Assembly: GCF_017876815.1 (NCBI RefSeq)
Contig: NZ_JAGIOS010000001.1
Location: 2,460,001 to 2,492,000 of the forward strand
Length of the DNA: 32,000 bases
Direction of reading: 5' to 3'
DNA from: Sinorhizobium meliloti
GTDB lineage: Bacteria > Pseudomonadota > Alphaproteobacteria > Rhizobiales > Rhizobiaceae
Below are positions 12,349 to 20,786 of this stretch, piece after piece (position 1 is the stretch's first letter; the number at the start of each line of letters is the position of its first letter). Below the pieces are notes generated by a model. The model made no database searches. It was not told where the DNA came from and was given only the letters and a program-made list of their open reading frames with translations. The translations under genes and the position numbers were made by a program.

Positions 12349-12648
12349 ACGGAGCCGCAGCCGCGATCGATTGCCAGGGCATTCTTCCGGAAAAACCGTG
12401 CAACCCTTGTCTTTCTTTGGGGCGCTCCTACATGTTGAGCGAAAGCTGATAAACAGCGCAAAAACCCGTCCATGAGCGTTTTTTGCCGATTTAGGCGGTT
12501 TTTCGCCGGAAACGCTTGACGGGATGAAAAATTCTGGGAATCACCATTTCAAGCAGAAATGGCGACATGGTACGGCGGATAGGAAATCATGCCAGGGACG
12601 TTTCAGTGGCAGGACTTGTCGAAGCTTGCCCGTTCATCGCTGTCGTGG

Positions 12649-12663
12649 TTAATCAGGAATTAA
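12649..12663. promoter_or_regulatory. CtrA-box-like motif TTAA-N7-TTAA in the rpoD leader
   Basis: TTAATCAGGAATTAA lies 118 nt upstream of the rpoD ATG. This is a motif match only. Confidence 0.25.
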
Positions 12664-12780
12664 ATATCATCCCGTTACGTCAGGGGAAATAATCGGTGGC
12701 GGGTACGCGGCGTGCCCGGACCTCCGAGTGGCATTGATTACCGGGCGCCGGCCGGTTGCGACAAGGAAAGCGACGAATAA

Positions 12781-14835
12781 ATGGCAACAAAAGTCAAAGA
12801 AAACGAAGAAGCCGACGTTGAACGTGAAGGTGCACCGGACGGTCCGCTTCTCGATCTTTCCGACGATGCTGTCAAGAAGATGATCAAGGCCGCCAAGAAG
12901 CGCGGCTATGTGACCATGGACGAGCTCAACTCCGTTCTGCCCTCCGAAGAAGTGACTTCCGAGCAGATCGAAGATACGATGTCCATGCTTTCCGACATGG
13001 GCATCAACGTCATCGAGGACGAGGAAGCCGAGGAGGCTGCCGCCAGCGACGACGATGACGGCGCCGACGAGGGCGAAAGCGAAGGCGGCGAACTCGCGCC
13101 TGCTAGCGGCACCGCACTTGCAGCCAGCAAGAAGAAGGAGCCGACCGATCGCACCGACGATCCGGTGCGCATGTATCTGCGCGAGATGGGCTCCGTGGAG
13201 CTTCTCTCGCGCGAAGGCGAAATCGCCATCGCCAAGCGTATCGAGGCCGGCCGCGAAACGATGATTGCCGGGCTCTGTGAGAGCCCGCTTACCTTCCAGG
13301 CGTTGATCATCTGGCGCGACGAGTTGAACGAGGGCCAGACGCTGCTGCGCGAGATCATCGATCTCGAGACGACCTATTCCGGCCCCGAGGCAAAGGCTGC
13401 ACCGCAGTTCCAGAGCCCGGAAAAGATCGAAGCCGACCGCAAGGCGGCGGAAGAGAAGGAAAAGGTCCGCAGGACCCGAACTGCGGCGAACGACGACGAC
13501 ATCACCAATGTCGGCGGCGAAGGCCAGGCACCCGAGGAAGAGGAGGAGGACGACGACGAGTCGAACCTCTCGCTCGCCGCGATGGAAGCGGAACTGCGCC
13601 CGCAGGTGATGGAGACGCTCGACGTCATCGCCGAAACCTACAAGAAGCTCCGCAAGCTGCAGGACCAGCAGGTGGAAGCGCGCCTTGCCGCGACCGGCAC
13701 TCTGTCGCCGGCGCAGGAGCGCCGCTACAAGGAGCTGAAGGACGAGCTGATCAAGGCCGTGAAGTCGCTGTCGCTCAACCAGAACCGCATCGACGCCCTG
13801 GTTGAGCAGCTCTACGACATCTCCAAGCGCCTGACGCAGAACGAGGGCCGCCTCCTGCGCCTGGCCGAATCCTATGGCGTCAAGCGTGAGGCGTTCCTGG
13901 AGCAGTATTCCGGCGCCGAGCTCGATCCGAACTGGATGAAGTCGATCAGCAATCTCGCCGGCAAAGGCTGGAAGGAGTTTGCCAGGGCCGAGAACCAGAC
14001 GATCCGCGACATCCGCCAGGAGATCCAGAACCTTGCGACGGAGACCGGCATTTCCATCGCCGAGTTTCGCCGCATCGTATCCATGGTGCAGAAGGGCGAG
14101 CGTGAAGCGCGTATCGCCAAGAAGGAGATGGTCGAGGCCAACCTTCGTCTGGTGATCTCGATTGCCAAGAAGTACACGAACCGCGGTCTGCAGTTCCTCG
14201 ATCTGATCCAGGAAGGCAACATCGGTCTCATGAAGGCGGTCGACAAGTTCGAGTATCGCCGCGGCTACAAGTTCTCGACCTATGCCACATGGTGGATCCG
14301 GCAGGCGATCACCCGTTCGATCGCCGACCAGGCCCGCACGATCCGCATTCCGGTGCACATGATCGAGACGATCAACAAGATCGTCCGCACCTCGCGCCAG
14401 ATGCTGCACGAGATCGGCCGCGAGCCGACGCCCGAGGAACTGGCGGAAAAGCTCGCAATGCCGCTCGAGAAGGTGCGCAAGGTCCTGAAGATCGCCAAGG
14501 AGCCGATCTCGCTCGAAACGCCGGTCGGCGACGAGGAAGATTCGCATCTCGGGGATTTCATCGAGGACAAGAATGCGTTGTTGCCGATCGATGCGGCCAT
14601 TCAGGCGAATCTGCGCGAGACGACCACGCGCGTGCTCGCCTCGCTCACGCCCCGCGAGGAGCGCGTGCTGCGCATGCGTTTCGGCATCGGCATGAACACC
14701 GACCATACGCTGGAAGAAGTCGGCCAGCAGTTCTCGGTTACCCGCGAACGCATCCGGCAGATCGAAGCGAAGGCGCTGCGCAAGCTCAAGCATCCAAGCC
14801 GTTCGCGCAAGTTGCGCTCGTTCCTGGACAGCTGA
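12781..14835 (+). CDS. rpoD: RNA polymerase primary sigma factor (sigma-70)
   Basis: Region 2 [32 protein letters not shown] and region 4.2 [25 protein letters not shown]. Has an acidic region 1 and spacer. Confidence 0.97.
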   Translation: MATKVKENEEADVEREGAPDGPLLDLSDDAVKKMIKAAKKRGYVTMDELNSVLPSEEVTSEQIEDTMSMLSDMGINVIEDEEAEEAAASDDDDGADEGESEGGELAPASGTALAASKKKEPTDRTDDPVRMYLREMGSVELLSREGEIAIAKRIEAGRETMIAGLCESPLTFQALIIWRDELNEGQTLLREIIDLETTYSGPEAKAAPQFQSPEKIEADRKAAEEKEKVRRTRTAANDDDITNVGGEGQAPEEEEEDDDESNLSLAAMEAELRPQVMETLDVIAETYKKLRKLQDQQVEARLAATGTLSPAQERRYKELKDELIKAVKSLSLNQNRIDALVEQLYDISKRLTQNEGRLLRLAESYGVKREAFLEQYSGAELDPNWMKSISNLAGKGWKEFARAENQTIRDIRQEIQNLATETGISIAEFRRIVSMVQKGEREARIAKKEMVEANLRLVISIAKKYTNRGLQFLDLIQEGNIGLMKAVDKFEYRRGYKFSTYATWWIRQAITRSIADQARTIRIPVHMIETINKIVRTSRQMLHEIGREPTPEELAEKLAMPLEKVRKVLKIAKEPISLETPVGDEEDSHLGDFIEDKNALLPIDAAIQANLRETTTRVLASLTPREERVLRMRFGIGMNTDHTLEEVGQQFSVTRERIRQIEAKALRKLKHPSRSRKLRSFLDS

Positions 14836-14857
14836 TCCCTGGACCTTTTCATCGACG

Positions 14858-14890
14858 ACAAAGCCGGGCCCAGTGCCCGGCTTTGTTATT
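14858..14890 (+). terminator. rpoD intrinsic terminator
   Basis: 12-bp stem ACAAAGCCGGGC / GCCCGGCTTTGT with loop CCAGT, followed by TATTT. Confidence 0.7.
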
Positions 14891-15056
14891 TCGGCTCTAC
14901 TCCCGGCGCAAAACCGTACGTCATTTTCCTCGAATTGCTTTATACTTTGCGTCCCGAGGCCGCACATGAATGCGTGAATGCGCGCCGGCCTTTTTCAGAT
15001 ACAGGGCATCTTGAGCGCCTTCGGCCGAAGGCGGGATGCTTTGCGGGAGGTGTGAG

Positions 15057-15347
15057 ATGACGACTTACGTTCTGCTTCTCAATTGGACTGAGCTCGGTAT
15101 CAGAAATGTGCGCGAGTCCCCGAAGCGGCTCGATGCGGCAAGGAGGCAGCTCGAGGAGATGGGCGGTTCCTTCAAGGACTTCTACCTGACGATGGGCGAA
15201 CACGACATGGTTGCGATCTGCGAAGCGCCTGACGACGCAGTCGCCGCGCGGTTCGCTATCACGCTCGGCATGAACGGCAATGTGCGTACGCGTACGCTGA
15301 AGGCCTTCCCAGAGGCCGCTTACCGCGAACTGATCGGCACGCTCTGA
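15057..15347 (+). CDS. GYD domain-containing protein
   Basis: 96-aa ORF TYVLLLNWTELGIRNVRESPKRLDAARRQLEEMGG...MGEHDMVAI, typical of the GYD family. GGAGG lies 7 nt upstream of the ATG. Confidence 0.7.
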   Translation: MTTYVLLLNWTELGIRNVRESPKRLDAARRQLEEMGGSFKDFYLTMGEHDMVAICEAPDDAVAARFAITLGMNGNVRTRTLKAFPEAAYRELIGTL

Positions 15348-15363
15348 TAGAGCGCCTCCGGAT

Positions 15364-15459
15364 CGCCCCTCATCCGCCTGCCGGCACCTTCTCCCCGCAA
15401 GCGGGGCGAAGGGGACTCGCGGCGCCTGCCGCATATATTCTCCCCCACAAGGGGGGAGA
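15364..15459. repeat. Dispersed intergenic palindromic repeat, copy 2, plus a second GC hairpin
   Basis: Same CGCCCCTCATCC...CCTTCTCCCCGCAAGCGGGGCGAAGG unit as at 9859, then TCTCCCCC-ACAAG-GGGGGAGA at 15439-15459. A related inverted fragment GGTGAGGGGC...CCTTCGCC lies at 15627-15650. Confidence 0.75.
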
Positions 15460-15715
15460 CGACAAGCGGCTTGACCTTCACCTATCCCAAACGATGCCGT
15501 CGGCAGACCGTATTGGAAGCGAAAGCCAGGCGGTTTCTCTCCGTGGCAACGGCTCCCGCCAGAGGAGCAGATCCGCATATGCCCTAGCCCGCAAGCGAGG
15601 TCGAGGGTTATTCCTCGGGTTAAAGGGGTGAGGGGCAGACCACCTTCGCCTACGCGTAAAAACCGATCCTTAAGATTTACGTCTTATCAACCTCTCTCAA
15701 ACGAGAGGTTCCGCG

Positions 15716-16285
15716 ATGCGTTGGGTTTTTGTCGTCGTCCTCCTGTTGTTGGCCGGCTGCGGAACGGTGCCGAGAGAAACCCGGAACGCCTGTGCGGTTT
15801 TCGAGCAGCGAGATGGTCTTTTCAACAATTGGCGCCGGGCTGCTTATGCGGCAGAGCGCGAATATGGCGTGCCCGTCCCGGTGCTGATGGCGACGATCTA
15901 TGCGGAGTCCGGCTTCCGCCATAATGCCAGGCCGCCGCGGACGAAGCTCCTCGGCTTCATCCCGTGGACAAGGGTCTCTTCAGCCTACGGCTATTCGCAG
16001 GCGCTTGACGGCACCTGGGCGCGCTACCAGGCCGAGACGGGCCGATGGACGGCGCGCCGGTCGGATTTCGGCGACGCGATCCGCTTCATCGCCTGGTATC
16101 ACAATCAGAGCCACCAGCGGAACGGCATCGCCCTGAACGACACCTACAGGCTCTATATCGCCTATTATCACGGCCACAGCGGCTATGCCCGCGGCAATTG
16201 GAGCGATACCGCAAAGGCCGGCGCCAAGAGAGCATCCGGCATGGCCGCGAACTACGCGCGCCAGTTGCGCGGCTGCGGCTCGTGA
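15716..16285 (+). CDS. Lipoprotein with lytic-transglycosylase (SLT)-like motif
   Basis: Lipobox LLLAGC at residues 11-15. IYAESGF resembles the SLT catalytic Glu-Ser motif. Confidence 0.65.
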   Translation: MRWVFVVVLLLLAGCGTVPRETRNACAVFEQRDGLFNNWRRAAYAAEREYGVPVPVLMATIYAESGFRHNARPPRTKLLGFIPWTRVSSAYGYSQALDGTWARYQAETGRWTARRSDFGDAIRFIAWYHNQSHQRNGIALNDTYRLYIAYYHGHSGYARGNWSDTAKAGAKRASGMAANYARQLRGCGS

Positions 16286-16386
16286 CGCGAGCGGGTGGCG
16301 GCAGCCATCAAAATGTCGTTCCCCTGTCGGAACCTGTGCTCTTCGATCGTCCTGGTGATGTCTTTCAACACGTGGAGGAGACGAAA

Positions 16387-16740
16387 ATGGCGTATGTGGA
16401 CGGTTTTCTCGTTGCAGTACCGACGGCCAACATAGAGGCCTACAAGAAGCTGGCGAGCGCGGCGGGCGCGGTGTGGAAGGAGCATGGCGCGCTCAATTAC
16501 GTCGAATGCCTCGCAGACGACGTGCCCTATGGCGAACTCACATCATTCCCGCGCGCGGTTCAGGCAAAGGACGACGAGACCGTCGTCTTCTCGTGGATCG
16601 TCTACCGGTCGCGTCAGGACCGGGACGCGATCGTCGCCAAGGTAATGGCGGATCCGAGACTCCAGGGCGACGAATGGAAGTCCATCTTCGATGGAAAACG
16701 CATGATCTATGGCGGGTTCGAGCCCTTTCTCGAATTATAG
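16387..16740 (+). CDS. DUF1428 family protein
   Basis: 117-aa ORF MAYVDGFLVAVPTANIEAYKKLA...GFEPFLEL, recognised as DUF1428 (YbaA-like). GGAGGAG lies upstream. Confidence 0.75.
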   Translation: MAYVDGFLVAVPTANIEAYKKLASAAGAVWKEHGALNYVECLADDVPYGELTSFPRAVQAKDDETVVFSWIVYRSRQDRDAIVAKVMADPRLQGDEWKSIFDGKRMIYGGFEPFLEL

Positions 16741-16853
16741 GATCGGCGTTGCCGGCTGCTGTACGATCCGCCCATCATGGAGCGAACCGGATGCCGGGCG
16801 GGCCCCGTACGTCTCTGGACAAGCGGGGCCACCACAAAGCAGGCGGAGGGGGA

Positions 16854-17010
16854 ATGGCGCAGACCGTCATAACCATATCTACGAAGGGGCAGGGGCTTTA
16901 CGAGTTCACCGCCGAGGCTGACGGCTTCGTGCGTGCGTCCGGCGTGGCCGAGGGATTGCTCACGGTGTTCGTCCGTCATACTTCCGCTTCGCTGATCATC
17001 CAGGAGAACG
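16854..17010 (+). pseudogene. yjbQ: yjbQ (UPF0047, secondary thiamine-phosphate synthase family), 5' fragment cut by an IS
   Basis: MAQTVITISTKGQGLYEFT...VFVRHTSASLIIQEN, then IS sequence. Joining 16854-17010 to 18187-18452 restores a 140-codon ORF. Confidence 0.85.
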
Positions 17011-18176
17011 CAGGGGAATCGCATTTAGCAAATAAGCGGTTGTTTTGTTGCGGCAAATCGATTCTTGGAGTTCTCCGCTGACTTGGAGGTCTCGATGAGT
17101 AGATTTGCCGCTTGCTTTGAAGATTTGCCCGATCCGCGCGGTCGCAATGCGCGCCATCCGTTGACGTCGATCCTGTTCATTGCCGTTGCGGCGATTGTCT
17201 GCGGTGCGGAAAGCTGTACCGATATGGCCGATTTCGGCGTTGCCAAGAAGAAATGGCTGAAGACAATCGTGCCGCTGCCCTATGGCATTCCCAGCCATGA
17301 CACCTTCTCCACCGTCTTCCGCCATCTCGATCCGGATGCCTTTGACGCGGCCTTTCGCCGTCTCACGGCGAGCTTTGCGCAGGGTCTCGAAGGGGTGGTA
17401 GCGATCGATGGCAAGGCGGTGCGCGGTGCCTACCGGCGCGCCGCCAAGGCCACGCCACTCCACTTCGTCAATGTCTGGGCTGCCGGTCCCGGTCTGGTCA
17501 TCGGCCAAAAGCTCGCGCCGGGCCGCAATGAGGTGCAAGGGGCTCTCGATGCGCTCGCGCTGCTGGCACTGGAGGGCTCTATCGTCACCGCCGATGCCCT
17601 GCATTGCCGGCCCGACACCGCCCGCGCCATCCTCGCTGCCGGCGGCGATTATGCTCTGGCACTGAAGGCCAACCAGCCCGGCCTCTTGGCCCAGGCGCTC
17701 GCCCGCATCGAGGACGCCGACCACGTCGAGAGCATCCAGATTGCAGCCGAGACTGCCCATGACCGCACCGAGACACGCCGCGCCAGCGTTGTGGCTGTCG
17801 ACGATATCAACTTTCCGGGCCTGCAGGCCATCGGCTGCGTCGAGACCACAAGCCGTCATACCAACGGCCATTTGACCAGCCATGTCCGCTACTTCCTGCT
17901 CTCCACCACCATGTCGCCGAGCGCGCTGATCGAGGTTGTAAGAACCCATTGGCAAATCGAAAACAAACTGCATTGGGTTCTGGATGTCCACTTCCGCGAG
18001 GACGCCGCCAGAAACCGCAAGGACAACGGCCCTCAGAACATTGCCTTCTTGCGCAAGATCGCTCTCAACCTCTTGCGATCTCACCCCGACAAGGCCTCCA
18101 TCCGCCGGAAAATCAAAAAGGCGGGCTGGGATGACCAATTCCTCACTTCTCTTATCGCTCATATGCGATAGCCCTG
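17011..18176 (+). mobile_element. ISAs1-family insertion sequence (about 1.17 kb) inserted in yjbQ
   Basis: 10-bp direct target duplication CAGGAGAACG at 17001-17010 and 18177-18186. Imperfect terminal inverted repeats are CAGGGGAATCGCAT... (left) and ...ATGCGATAGCCCTG (right). Contains a single transposase ORF. Confidence 0.88.
17095..18171 (+). CDS. ISAs1-family (H-repeat-associated) DDE transposase
   Basis: Family hallmarks FEDLPDPRG..., AIDGKAVRG, TADALHC, GGDYALALKANQ and HWQIENKLHWVLDVHFRED. ATG has GGAGG 7 nt upstream. Confidence 0.9.
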   Translation: MSRFAACFEDLPDPRGRNARHPLTSILFIAVAAIVCGAESCTDMADFGVAKKKWLKTIVPLPYGIPSHDTFSTVFRHLDPDAFDAAFRRLTASFAQGLEGVVAIDGKAVRGAYRRAAKATPLHFVNVWAAGPGLVIGQKLAPGRNEVQGALDALALLALEGSIVTADALHCRPDTARAILAAGGDYALALKANQPGLLAQALARIEDADHVESIQIAAETAHDRTETRRASVVAVDDINFPGLQAIGCVETTSRHTNGHLTSHVRYFLLSTTMSPSALIEVVRTHWQIENKLHWVLDVHFREDAARNRKDNGPQNIAFLRKIALNLLRSHPDKASIRRKIKKAGWDDQFLTSLIAHMR

Positions 18177-18452
18177 CAGGAGAACGCCGATGCGGACGTG
18201 AAGCGTGACCTCCATGCCTTCTTCCACCGGCTGGTGCCGCCGTCCTCCGATCCATCGATGAGCTGGGTCGTCCACACCATGGAGGGGCCGGACGACATGC
18301 CGGCGCATATCAAGGCGGCACTCACGCAGGTTTCGCTCGGCATTCCCGTCATGCAGGGGCGCCTGGCGCTTGGAACCTGGCAGGGGCTTTATCTGTTCGA
18401 ACACCGCGACCGGCCGCACCGCCGCGAGATCGTCCTGCATCTCGGCAGCTGA
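18177..18452 (+). pseudogene. yjbQ: yjbQ 3' fragment (starts with the duplicated target site)
   Basis: QENADADVKRDLHAFFHRLVP...MPAHIKAALTQVSLGIPV...GTWQGLYLFEHRDRPHRREIVLHLGS, in frame with the 5' fragment once the IS and one repeat copy are removed. Confidence 0.85.
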
Positions 18453-18475
18453 CGAGGCGCAGGTCCGGCAGTAAC

Positions 18476-18500
18476 CGTCCGGGCGGACGTTGCCATTTTC
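18476..18500 (+). terminator. Possible yjbQ terminator
   Basis: Dyad CGTCCG-GG-CGGACG followed by the T-rich TTGCCATTTTC. Confidence 0.35.
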
Positions 18501-18560
18501 TCTTTCCGCGCCGCCCGCGCTCTGCGGTAGAGTGAAGCGGAGGCCAATTCGGAGGAGAGA

Positions 18561-18965
18561 ATGACAGACGCCCAGACGATAGCCAGCCATTTCATCGAAG
18601 CTCTGAACGACCGCGACTTTGACACGCTTTCACGCCTCGTCGGCGAGGACGTCGCGTTCGACTCGCTGACCGGGGAGCGGACCCTCGGCGCCGGCGCGCT
18701 CAGGAGCTGGGTGATGAATTATTTCCGCCATTTCGACGAGAGCTTCGGCGACGTCGTGTTGATGCGAGACGCCGCCGGTGAGCGCGTGGCGGCGGATACG
18801 ACCGCGCGCGGCACCTACCGCGAGACGATGGCCGGCTTTCCCGAAGCCTCCGGTCAGGCCTATTCCATTGCGAGCGTCTTCGTCTTCGAGATCGAGGACG
18901 GCCTCATTGCGCGCCTCAGCCACTACCGCAATAGCCGCCTCTTCGAGCGGGAGCTCGCGGGTTGA
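18561..18965 (+). CDS. SnoaL-like / NTF2-fold protein
   Basis: 134-aa ORF with the typical N-terminus IASHFIEALNDRDFDTLSRLVGEDVAFD. GGAGGAG lies upstream of the ATG. Confidence 0.7.
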   Translation: MTDAQTIASHFIEALNDRDFDTLSRLVGEDVAFDSLTGERTLGAGALRSWVMNYFRHFDESFGDVVLMRDAAGERVAADTTARGTYRETMAGFPEASGQAYSIASVFVFEIEDGLIARLSHYRNSRLFERELAG

Positions 18966-19221
18966 GCCCGATCTAGCCGCTTGACCCAACGGGCTTCCGG
19001 ACGGAAAACTGTTACAAATTTTTCCTGGAAGTACTCTTTCCTGCCGGATCAATAACTTAGCCTGCCGGAAAGCGCCGGGGGATGAAGCGATTCGTCGCGC
19101 GTCAGGGGCGTGATCAACCTGAATACTGCATGAACGGAGGGTTCCGGTGCCGTTCAGTTTGGCCGGCCTATGTTTGCCTCAATCGTCAACCAGAACCGCT
19201 TCGTCACACCGGAGAAAAGCA

Positions 19222-19578
19222 ATGAAAAAGTTCCTCGTTAACGCCGCCGTCGCTGCCGTGATCGGATTGACCGGTCTGGTTTCCACGGCCTCGGCTCAGT
19301 CGCTCACCCTGGAATTGGGTCCGGGCGGCGGCGTCCACTACCGCGACCACGACCGCCACGACGACTGGCGCGATCGCCGGCACTACGACCGCCGCGACCG
19401 TCGCGGTCGCTGTGCACCAGGCCTCGCGGTCGACAAGGCACGCGACCGTGGCCTTCGCCGCGCCTATGTTGCGGATGTGACGGGTCGCCGCGTCGTCGTC
19501 GAAGGCCGCCGTCACGGCCACCGCCAGGCGATCGTTTTCGCCAACGCCCGCGGATGCCCGATCATCGGCCGCTGGTAA
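19222..19578 (+). CDS. Small secreted protein with a His/Asp/Arg-rich tract
   Basis: Signal peptide MKKFLVNAAVAAVIGLTGLVSTASA-QS. GGAG lies 7 nt upstream. The mature part is about 93 aa with two Cys. Confidence 0.6.
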   Translation: MKKFLVNAAVAAVIGLTGLVSTASAQSLTLELGPGGGVHYRDHDRHDDWRDRRHYDRRDRRGRCAPGLAVDKARDRGLRRAYVADVTGRRVVVEGRRHGHRQAIVFANARGCPIIGRW

Positions 19579-19620
19579 ATCCACGGATTTCCGTCCCGTC
19601 TCCCCCGGCCGACGGAAATG

Positions 19621-19657
19621 GAGCCCTCACGCCCTGGCGTGGGGGCTCTTTGCTTTG
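19621..19657. terminator. Hairpin plus T-rich tail between convergent genes
   Basis: 13-bp stem GAGCCCTCACGCC / GGCGTGGGGGCTC (one G-U pair) followed by TTTGCTTTG. Confidence 0.6.
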
Positions 19658-19665
19658 CGACCGCG

Positions 19666-20454
19666 TTACTGATTGACGGCGAAGGTCACGTTGACGGTGA
19701 CGTTGTAAGCATTTTCGCCGGTCGCCATCGGAACCGAATCGGCGGCGGCAAATTCCTTGGCCATGCTGCGGACCACGGGGATCGGCTCGGGCCGGGAGGG
19801 CTGCTCCGCGATCTCGATCACGCGTCCGAGCGAGACCCCCGCCGCCTCGGCCAGAACCTTGGCCTTGTTGATGGCGTCAGCGACCGCGGCCTTGCGGGCT
19901 TCCGTGATCACGGCATCCGGCTTGTCGTTGGTGAACTCGATCCCGCCGCCCTGATTGACGCCGAGGGTGACGGACTTGTCGAGGATCTCGCCGAGCTGCC
20001 CCAGATCCCGCACGCGCACGCCGACGCCGTTGACGACCTGATAGCCCACCAGTTCCGGCGGCCGATTACCGCCGTCATTGTTCGGCGGATAGTGATACTG
20101 GGGATTGATCGAGAAGCCGCTCGTCTGCAGATCGCGCTCGGCGATCCCGGCCTGCTTCAATGCCGAGAGCACGTCTGCCATCGCCTTGTTGTTGGCATCG
20201 AGCGCTTCGCGCGCGGTCTTGGCGTCCTTGACGACGCTGAGCTGCAGGATCGCCATGTCCGGAGCGGTCGTCGAGCGGCCCTCGCCGGAGACCTTGATCA
20301 CCGCCTGACGGCCCCTGACGCCGTCCGGACGCCCCTTGCCATCCCCCTTGCCGGCGGTGCTCTCCTGCGCCGCCGCTGCGGCTGCAAAGGCGCCGGCAAA
20401 GGCGGCTGCGACTGCGGCGACATGAACGGTACGGGCAATGCGTGTAGAAAACAT
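19666..20454 (-). CDS. SIMPL-domain periplasmic protein (BP26/Omp28-like)
   Basis: Signal peptide MFSTRIARTVHVAAVAAAFAGAFA, then a body resembling Brucella BP26 (...VSGEGRSTTAPDMAILQLSVV...GYQVVNGVGVRVRD...ATGENAYNVTVNVTF). Start at ATG 20454. Confidence 0.85.
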   Translation of the reverse strand: MFSTRIARTVHVAAVAAAFAGAFAAAAAAQESTAGKGDGKGRPDGVRGRQAVIKVSGEGRSTTAPDMAILQLSVVKDAKTAREALDANNKAMADVLSALKQAGIAERDLQTSGFSINPQYHYPPNNDGGNRPPELVGYQVVNGVGVRVRDLGQLGEILDKSVTLGVNQGGGIEFTNDKPDAVITEARKAAVADAINKAKVLAEAAGVSLGRVIEIAEQPSRPEPIPVVRSMAKEFAAADSVPMATGENAYNVTVNVTFAVNQ

Positions 20455-20599
20455 GGACGTTTCTCTCCGGTTGTTTATCCTCGATTCCATGCTTACCGAT
20501 TGTGTAGCTATTGCGGCAATGGCTTGTCGGCAAAAAGGTTTTACGCTAGAGCCTGCACAGCGGACTGCCATTGGTCCGCAACCGCCGGCGACGACGGCA

Positions 20600-20675
20600 G
20601 GGCCTGTAGCTCAATGGTTAGAGCCGGCGGCTCATAACCGCTTGGTTGGGGGTTCGAGTCCCTCCGGGCCCACCA
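20600..20675 (+). tRNA. tRNA with anticodon CAT (elongator Met by default; shows tRNA-Ile2/lysidine-type features)
   Basis: Hand-folded cloverleaf with acceptor GGGCCTG/CGGGCCC, anticodon arm GGCGG-CTCATAA-CCGCT, T arm GGGGG-TTCGAGT-CCCTC and an encoded CCA. The G1-C72 pair excludes an initiator. Confidence 0.9.
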
Positions 20676-20721
20676 ATTTCTTTTGTTTTCAAAGGGTTAC
20701 GGGGTGGTTTTCTATAGAAGA

Positions 20722-20748
20722 CTAGAAAACTTTGGAAAACTAGAAAAC
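20722..20748 (+). repeat. Direct repeats CTAGAAAAC (two copies) with an intervening GGAAAAC, just downstream of the tRNA
   Basis: CTAGAAAAC occurs at 20722-20730 and 20740-20748, and GGAAAAC at 20734-20740. Confidence 0.6.
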
Positions 20749-20758
20749 CGAACCACCG

Positions 20759-20786
20759 GCCCGCCACATGAAACGGCGGGCTTTTT
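20759..20786. terminator. Hairpin with T5, serving as terminator for the tRNA (+) and abutting the stop of the minus-strand 139-aa gene
   Basis: GCCCGCC-N9-GGCGGGC followed by TTTTT. Confidence 0.6.

Noticed and set aside
12667-14967. 766-aa ORF antisense to rpoD
   Set aside because: It fully overlaps an unmistakable rpoD reading frame. Its Arg/Leu/Gly/Asp-rich composition is typical of a GC-driven antisense frame with no recognisable motifs.
16996-18255. 419-aa ORF spanning the IS on the minus strand
   Set aside because: It lies antisense to the ISAs1 transposase and crosses both IS ends and the target duplication, so it cannot be an ancestral gene.
20700-20760. Mini-CRISPR or iteron array from the CTAGAAAAC repeats
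   Set aside because: There are only two 9-bp copies with a 9-bp spacer. That is far below CRISPR repeat and spacer sizes, and no cas genes are present.
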